DNA from: Eledone cirrhosa
Taxonomy: Eukaryota
Assembly: GCA_964016885.1 (NCBI GenBank)
Contig: OZ024754.1
Location: 37,386,001-37,450,000 of the forward strand
Direction of reading: 5' to 3'
DNA length: 64,000 nucleotides
Shown: piece by piece, positions 55,521-64,000 of the stretch
Layout of the letters: each line of letters begins with the position of its first letter
Numbering within the stretch: position 1 is the stretch's first letter
Translations under genes and position numbers: made by a program
The notes under the pieces: generated by a model
What the model was told of the DNA's origin: nothing
Seen by the model: the letters and a program-made list of their open reading frames with translations, nothing else
Database searches by the model: none

Positions 55521-57218
55521 TATTTTCAAACTCGCTCGCTGTTTCAAAACGAACTTACTTGTAAATATATATTCAGTTAATCAGTTGAAATATCAATAAG
55601 ATGGTTGTTTAATTGTCACATTTAATTGTCAAAGCTCTTTTGTCACCTTCTCAGTGACTATTGTTGTTGCTCTGTGTGTATTCTTTATTTCGATTTCATT
55701 TTATTTACTCAATCTTGTATTTTTGGAATAGCTTAAATAATTAAACTGCCTGTCGGTTGGGATGTTGTTACAATCTGCTATGTTGTGTGTTAACAGAAAC
55801 AGAATGAAATATTAATTCATAAGTTACCATTCTAAATTGTATTAGCATATAAGAGAATTGTAGGAATGTTAGAGAAAATAGAAAATAAATTTGGTTTTCA
55901 TAATTAAACTTTTCTTCAGATTTGCTAATGTATTTACATCAATGTATTTATTTAGTTCGGTTCGTGGTATTCACATAATAAATTAAATAGATTTACGACA
56001 ATTATTGGGATTTACAAAGAAATATCTAAGATGGTAGTATTAAATTCGACAAATTGTTTGTTTTTAAGTAAATTAATTTCACTAACTTAATGAAATTAGA
56101 AAGAAACTGCATGTTGAGAACAATTCAGCAACTTTAATCTCATTGCCCCCAAATCACGATTATTTTCAAGACAAATAAAGTTGCTTAATTACACTAATTA
56201 TCCTGTCATTGTATCATTGTGTGTTGATTGTAACCGTCCTTCATCATCTCCTCGGTGAGTTTCAGTGATCTAAGGTCTGCTCTCACCACCTCCGCCCATA
56301 CAGAAAATTATTTACTTCTTGTATATGATCATTTCTAAAGTCTTAACTGTATATAAAACTATAGAGGACACACCATTAACAAGTGTTGTTTAGCAGCAAA
56401 GTTCAAATGATTTTCTACGGTAACATGATTGCTCTAAGTATATGAGATGTTAGCAAGAGTGAGTGGCATGGTCATTTGTAACCGAAGAGGATCTTTACCC
56501 TTTATATACTGACTAATATACGCATGAAGGCACATGGCTGAGGAGTAAGAGAATTGGATTCACAATCATGAGGTTGTGAGTTCGATTCCTGGACCGGGCG
56601 ATGTGTTACGTCCTTGAACAAGACACTTTATTTCATGTTGTTCCTTCTACCTGGAGTTTCAACCGATAGATAGTATTAGCAATTGCAAAGACCAACGGAA
56701 ACATTGTTTCCTCCGTCAGATTTGACGAATGTCAATTGACTGTTAATACTGACAGAACAAGGAAATGGGTGACTTATTGTTATACAATCTTAGTGAGGAA
56801 AAAAAAAGTCGCTCACAATCTCCCCCCCCCCCCCAAAAAAAAAGTCAAAACAAAATGGTAGAGAAAATATTGTAATACATCCATTTTCTTTCATATTTCT
56901 CTGGCCGTGTGAACCTCTCTTGTCACATATCATTCCTTAATCTAATTTACTGCGTCAACAAGAGTGAGAAGAACAATATATTTGTTGATCAATATCTTGT
57001 ATGAGACGATGAAAGAGGAGTTTGGAAGAGAAAGAAATGATTGCAAATATTGTTTGCTTCTCCCTGTTCAACTTGATTAAATAGAAATACATACAAGAAA
57101 AAAACCCTCATTATATATTAGCTCTGACAACTTGCTAATATCTATTTCCCATATATTGAGAAATTCACTGATCTCTCTTTAGATTATATTTCATACACAC
57201 ACACACATACACACTTAT

Positions 57219-57260
<42 letters not shown>

Positions 57261-57279
57261 GGTGGCTGCCAACTCGTTT

Positions 57280-57867
57280 TCGAGTACGGCCACTACTTTA
57301 TATCCATGTAGGAGAACCCCTACCGATGCGCTGAACGAATGTGACTTTTTAGTCCAGCCAGCGACTTGAAAACTCTGGTACAAAGACTACACTTGTGACC
57401 ATTATTGACACATAGTGCAGGGCCCATGGTACCATGTGATGACAAGTGCAGAGAGATCTCCAGATATAAAGCAATGCCTGTGCTGTGAAGCTTTTATAGT
57501 GAGCAAAGGCACTGCACAAAGCCAGTCCCACTCTCTTAACCAAGATGATATTTACCAAAAAGAAGAACAAGTCAACATCATTGGATACCATCAGGGTTGC
57601 AGGTGTTATATCAGAGTTTTCCTTCTCCTAGAATTCTGCCTTGACAAAGGCTAAGGGGTCATCTCTCCCGGTGATTTTGGATGGCTATTGACTCTTAAGA
57701 GCTCCCTTGCCCTTTGACAGGTTTTGTTTTTAGTCCTGCAGGATGTCCAAAGTCACCCTCCTCACCAAGAAACCTTGGTGGGGTTGCCAGTTTAGTCGCC
57801 AACGACCCGACCATGAGACAGGTTGTACTGGGATACATGTTACCAGTAGCACCAACTGGTGACCTGA
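57280..57867 (-). mobile_element. Probable 5' portion of a degenerate LINE (UTR plus decayed endonuclease-like coding)
   Basis: GC-richer block; its 5' end is homologous to 60440-60510, where a 31-bp unit is repeated 4x (60477-60605). Protein similarity is weak. Confidence 0.4.
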
Positions 57868-58061
57868 CATATATATATATATATATATATATACATACAT
57901 ACACACACACATATATATATATATATACACGCATATACACACACACACATACATATACACACGCACACATATATACACACACACACATATACACACGCAC
58001 ACATATATATACACACACACCTATATAAATATATATACATACATATATATATACATACATA

Positions 58062-58092
<31 letters not shown>

Positions 58093-58447
58093 CAGGGTGT
58101 TCAGAAAGTCTCTCCACAGTGAGTATATTATTACAAAATTAAATAAAATGAAATGCAAAATGAAAACAAAATTCTTCATTATAAGACATTATAAGACATT
58201 ATTCGACTTTATAAGACTTTATATGAGGTGTTCAATTCATAAGGTGACTCTTTTGCACTTGTTTTGAAATGCATCTTGGAGAGTTTAACGCACTATGGAC
58301 CGTGTGAAGGTTGTGAGTGCATCTTTCAGTTTGTTAATTGTTTGGGGGCAATTCTTGTACACAAATCCTTTAGCTGCTCTCCAGAAAAAGAAATCTGGTG
58401 GTGTCAAATCAGGTGATCTTGATGGCCAAAGTTCCTTTGAAATAATC
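58093..58447 (-). mobile_element. Tc1/mariner transposase C-terminal remnant with TIR
   Basis: WPSRSPDLTPPDFFFW..KGFVYKN.P.TI..LK motif; TA-CAGGGTGTTC terminus. Confidence 0.85.
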
Positions 58448-58449
58448 TC

Positions 58450-58935
58450 ATCATCCTCATCAACATTTAACGTCCATTCTTCCACGCTAGCCTGAGTTAG
58501 ATGAGCTGTCCTGTTGTGAGACAAGCCAGATCATGTCTTCCTCGTACAGAACTGATTTTCGCTTGGTTTCTATGGCTAGTTGCCCTTATAACACCGACCG
58601 CATTTACATTGTGTACTTTTTCTTGTGACACCTACACGACCACGTTACAGTGTGGACTGGGTACTTTTTGTCATGACACCTACATGACCACTTTACAGTG
58701 TGGACTGGGTACTTTTTGTTGTGACACCTACACGACCATTTTACAGTGTGGACTGGCCACTTTTTATCATGACACCTAAACGACCACTTTACAGTGTGGA
58801 CTGGGTACTTTTTGTCATGACATCTACATGACCACTTTACAGTGTGGACTGGGTACTTTTTGTCATGACACCTACATGACCACTTTACAGTGTGGACTGG
58901 CCACTTTTTATCATGACACCTAAACGATCAATTTA
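58450..58935 (-). mobile_element. RTE-related element with 48-bp repeats (~6 units)
   Basis: Same minisatellite motif. Confidence 0.78.
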
Positions 58936-59818
58936 CATAGTTATATACTTAAGTACTATTTGAAAAAAATACGTTTATGTTTAAATGAAAGTGCTATGAC
59001 ATGTTAATATTTTGTAAGTATTCATACATGAACTGAAATAACAGCTGGAGTATTTCTATTATATACATCAGAGTTTTTTGTTGATTAAATCCTGTCACAT
59101 AATGCTAAACGTTGTTTTTCACTGTCTTGTGTATGAATCTATCTTTCATATTTGGCCTTATAAAACACTTCCTTATGCCAGGTATTTTCTGGTATTTCAC
59201 CTGCTTTACCTGGTATTTTAGGACATGGATTCCCATAATCCAATATTTATTTGCTTAGGAGATTTGTGATACATGATTGCAATATTTGTTGATTTAATTA
59301 ACTGATTAATTAATATGAAAATTATTGTTGATGTTTCTAATTACATTTCATTAAATCAAAACGAACGTAGAAATTAATAAAATGATTTAAAATATTATAT
59401 TTGTTTTTTTACTTAAACTAAATCACATATTTATATATGTGTATATAAGATGTGTATATATATATATACACACACAATGATTGCTGACAATATTGTACAA
59501 TGTTAGTTTTACCTTATGATAATCAACTCAAAAAACAAAGTACTAGATAAATAAATGAATTTGCATTCTAGATGAATGCTGGACAATTAAAGAAACAGTA
59601 TTTTACCTATTTGTTTTCTTATTCAAACTACTTTTTTCAATGAAACATTTTATCCTTTTTCCCCTCTGTCTATTCTTTTCTATTTTTTCATAATATAAAT
59701 TTTCTCAAGAACAGCTCAGTCTGAAAGAATTTTGTTTCCAATTCTCATTCAAAATTTCAACAGTTGTATCTATGCTCAATTGTGAAATGTTTGTTATAAG
59801 ATCTGTTCATTTCATTTC

Positions 59819-60027
59819 TTAACCCTTTAACATTTAAACCGCCCGTATCCGGTCAGAATTCCCTCACCTTTTTCTGTTCAAACTAGCCATAACTGTTCGC
59901 TTACACCCACATTAAAGTATTGTTTTCAAAATAAATAATATCAAAATCTCGTATTTCGATATTATGTGAGATAAAACCTTTACTGCAAGACTACAATAGC
60001 AGAGTAATGTAAATGCTAAAAGGTTAA
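59819..60027 (+). mobile_element. piggyBac-like MITE
   Basis: TTAA flanks and family TIRs. Confidence 0.78.
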
Positions 60028-62402
60028 TCAGCAATAAAGAACACATTAATATGTGGATTAGCAGTATCGGTAGAGGTTCGGACGCCATTTTTTCGGACGC
60101 CATAAAATCAAGTACCAATCATGCACTGGGATAATTGCTGGCCTTGTGCTAAAAATAGAAACAATTAATATATCTTATCTAATCCATGGCCTTCTCGATT
60201 CTATTGGAGGAACCCCTCTCTGGTTGACCACAACAGCTTTCTGTTTGATTTTGGTCAAGTCAGGGAGGGGTTCCTGCAGTGCTCATCGTGTTATGCCAAT
60301 TGTGGGTTGGTGAGGCTATTTAATTCATAGTTGGGGTGGATGGTCGTTGACTCTGAGAAGTTCACCCTCCCTTTTTATCAGCTCCTGTTTTTTGTGCTGC
60401 TGGGGTTCCATTTATCATCATTACAAGATCAGCTTCTGGTGAGGGAGCCAGTTTAGTCGCTGACCACTTGACCTAAAGCAGGTTGTACTGGATTACACGG
60501 TACCAGTAGCAGGTTGTACTGGATTACACGGTACCAGTAGCAGGTTGTACTGGATTACACGGTACCAGTAGCAGGTTGTACTGGATTACACGGTACAAGT
60601 AGCAGGCAAAAAAAGAAAACCAAAAGAACAATCATGAATGCAATCTAAAATCTGTCAATGTAATATATCTTTGACAATCAAATCAAGCATTTATCTATCT
60701 ATCTACATACCTATCCATCTATCTGTCTGTTTATCTATGTACCTGACTCTCTTTATCTATCTGTGTCTATCTCTCTATCTACATATCTATTTATTTATTT
60801 AAGAAACATATCTATTTGTCTGCCTATCTATCTATCTACATACAGTAATCTATCTATTTATCTACCTGTCTTTCTTTATAACTATCTTTCTATTTATCAA
60901 TCTATCTGATATCTATCAAATGATGTTCCTACACTTATTTCCATACATCTATCTAGTTTATTTACAATATTGAAGTCAGTACTAGTTGTATTTTCCAACT
61001 AAATACATTTAACCGCCTAACTTAACTTGTATGGTGATTAAATTTTAAATTACTTTATCTTCTCTACGACTCTCTTGAGAGATAAAAAAAAATAAAGGGA
61101 CAGAAGATGGCATTAATTTTCGAGGAAAATATGTCATTAATTTCTAGATTTAATCTATAAATTCTAATTTCAGTTTTGATTCTTTGCCAGCTCCAATGAC
61201 TGAATTTCTCTATATTTTAAGATGTACAACATTTTAGAAGAATGTTTATTCAGGTTTATTCAGATAATTTTTCCATTTTGGAAACAGAAAAAGAATTTGT
61301 ATTCTTTTGGATATTTTCCATAGATGGTGAGAAGGCTTCGAAAATAGATTCATTAAACAGTAATTTCAATGCAGTCAACCTTAAAACATTGATAGGTCAG
61401 TGTATTTCATGTGCTGTCACATTATTGATACCTTCGACAAGTGAGTTAAATTTTATGGCTCAATCTGTAAATGAGACCATTCAATGAATACATTCCTATG
61501 TTCAGCATATTTTGAAGCAAGATATTTTGTATTTCTCCAGGGAAATATACTGGAAATCTGTTAGAAAAACCTACCAAGCATAATTTCTCTATTATTATGA
61601 TTTAGTATGTTTCTCTGCCTATCACAGTTGTAATGCCTTATTGATATCAGAGGGATAGTTTAATGGAAAAGAAGAAATGCATTATAGTTATTAATCTGTC
61701 TTCTTCCTTCATTACAGTTATTAAGTACATTCCCTGCCTTCCCCATGTGTTCTAGCCCTACCGAGGTCAATCTTTCATTTTCATTCCTTCCAGGTCAATT
61801 CAATAACTTATGTAGGTACTGAAGTCGATTCAAATAGCATTGCTTCACATCTAATGTGAGGAATCGTTATTACTACCAAATAGATAATGAATAGTAATGG
61901 CCCTAATGTTATAGCATTTAGTTCAGAACATGACAGTAGCTTGTTTATTGATCTATATAATCTTGAGATCAAATCCCACCAATATCAACTTTGCCTTTCA
62001 TCCTTGACGAGGTCAGGATATTAAGTACAACTAAGAGAACGAAGAGGTAATTGAAATATTTGATCTCTTATCTGTGAGTCTGGAGGTGGGAATCAACAGT
62101 CAGGTAGTTTATTGGCCCACAACAGTAAAATGAAGATTATATATCAACATACCCAGTTCACATATAGCTGTTGTGTTGATTTACACATGTCTGTACTGCC
62201 TCACAACTTACTAACAGAATTAACTATCTCCTTACCATATTTCTAACAAAATACTCTTTCTATATGCTTCAAGTTATTTTGAAAATAATCAAGAGTTTAG
62301 AAAGATTTAGTAACATGACTAACTTTCTCATTAAGCTGGTGTTTATAACATAGGTTTTTACATAAAATTATGATAGCCAGTTTTTAGTAAAATGTAAACA
62401 CT

Positions 62403-62631
62403 TTAACCCTTTAGCATTTAAACCTGCCATATCCGGCCAGAATTTTCTCACCTCTTTTTATTCAAACCGGTTGTAACCTGCCAGTCATAATGATGTTAAG
62501 GTATTGTTCTCAAAATAAATAACATAAAAATCTCATAGATTCCATATTATGTGAGATAATTATGTGAGGTAAAGCCTTTACCATGAAAATACAATAGTAT
62601 ATATAGAGTAATGTAAATGTTAAAGGGTTAA
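62403..62631 (+). mobile_element. piggyBac-like MITE
   Basis: TTAA-CCCTTTAGCATTTA..TAAATGTTAAAGGG-TTAA. Confidence 0.82.
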
Positions 62632-63321
62632 AACAAACAGGGGTGGTTTCATTTGGTTTGGTATAAAAAGGGTTAAGGCATCAAATCTATAATTTCTTGA
62701 GATATATGAAAGGATTTATAAGTTGAAGATAATCATGTCAGCCATATCTATGTCTCCATAATGAGGCAAAAGAAATAATTGATAAATCACTAATTTGAAT
62801 AGTTAAAGCCAAATAGAGAGAGGCACTGTACCCCAGTAAATTTACTGAAAGGTGGGTGAATGTGGCAAAAATGGCCCGAATGATTGGGCCTTCTCTGTAT
62901 AGGTTGAAGAAGAGAGCAAAAGGAAGAAAGGAGCACTTGCACAACACGGTCCTGGAGTTGAGGGTTGTTCTATCTACGGGGTATAAAACAACCCATTTGT
63001 AACGCCTCTCCCTTATTGGGGATTTCGATTGTTGAATTTGTATGTTAACATTTTTTTACACAATTGTATGTAAAATACCCGCCATATGTCTTTGTATTGG
63101 CCCCTTTTCTTGTGCGCCCTTGTGGCAAATAAAGAAATATATCTATTAAAGCCAAATATATTAGCATTAAATTGGTGCGTCAAAATTTAAGTTAACTACC
63201 ACATATATTCAAATATAAGCCAATACAAATATAAACTGACCACACTATTTTATGTCAGAGAAATGGGCAAAAATCTAAAACTTATTTAGTTAGAATTTGA
63301 AGTTGGTGAAAATCATCAAAA

Positions 63322-63738
63322 TATTGGTTTCTGATTTAGGCACAAGGTCAACAATTTTGGGGGAGGGAAAATCGACTGAATCGACCCCAGTGCATTACTG
63401 ATAGATATTTTATTTAACGACCCTGTAAGGATGAAAGGCAAAGCTAACCTCGGCAGGATTTGAACTCAAAGTAAAGGGTCGTAACTCTCTGCTGCGAAGA
63501 AGGGTGTCTAACGCTCTACCGATACTGCCAATCCACCACGTCAAAAAATTGGTTTCTTATATAGGCACCAGGCCAGCAATTTTTGGGGAGGGAAAAGTCG
63601 ATTAAATCGACCCCAGTGCGTGACTGGTACTTTATTTTATCGACCCCCGTAAGGATGAAAGGCAAAGTTAACCGCGGCAGGATTTGAACTCAGAAAGTAA
63701 AGGAGATCGATGCTCTACCGATACTGTCAATCCACCGC
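63322..63738 (-). mobile_element. Two Nin-like SINEs
   Basis: Core and B-box motifs. Confidence 0.75.
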
Positions 63739-64000
63739 ATCAAAATATTGACTCCAAATATAAGCTGACTCCACATCTACCATCGAATTTTTTGGTTACA
63801 TAAAAATCAGCTTATATCCGAGTATACACGGTAATTATGTGTTAATATAACATGGTTGAATTCAAATCTAGAAGACGTTAACATTCTTGATAAGAGAAAT
63901 ATTTTAAGTTACTATAAATCGATTCTTACCTTTCTAGATATGTTTCATGCAATATAATTGAATAAGAATTTTAAATGTAGCTATTACTAGCTGCTGCTAA

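Noticed and set aside
57785-57867. Possible HDV-like ribozyme at a LINE 5' end (minus strand)
   Set aside because: Several hairpins are present, but I could not build the P1/P1.1/P2/P3 nested pseudoknot.
61242-61487. 81-aa ORF as candidate exon 4 or transposase
   Set aside because: No EF-hand motif and no recognisable transposase signature.

Overview
AT-rich, repeat-saturated eukaryotic DNA, most likely from a coleoid cephalopod (octopus-like SINEs and microsatellites). Almost all ORFs in the supplied track are simple-repeat or TE artefacts. The only host gene I can support is a + strand calmodulin-family EF-hand gene closely resembling squid squidulin. It is seen as a 31-nt exon (10403-10433) and a 144-nt exon (41972-42115) separated by a ~31.5 kb intron; the other exons appear to lie outside the window. 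The introns contain tRNA-derived SINEs, RTE, Tx1-like and CRE-like LINE remnants, piggyBac/hAT/Tc1/Ginger-like MITEs, SINE-derived minisatellites and a 6 kb higher-order satellite. The most striking unannotated signal is a set of at least six sequence-dissimilar families of short, (TA)n-inserted fold-back elements. They carry type I hammerhead ribozyme motifs and share an architecture: inverted partial copy, ribozyme, then a tail with a covarying RCTC..GAGY helix. These are probably non-autonomous Penelope-like/retrozyme-like units. All alignments were done by eye; no database searches were run.
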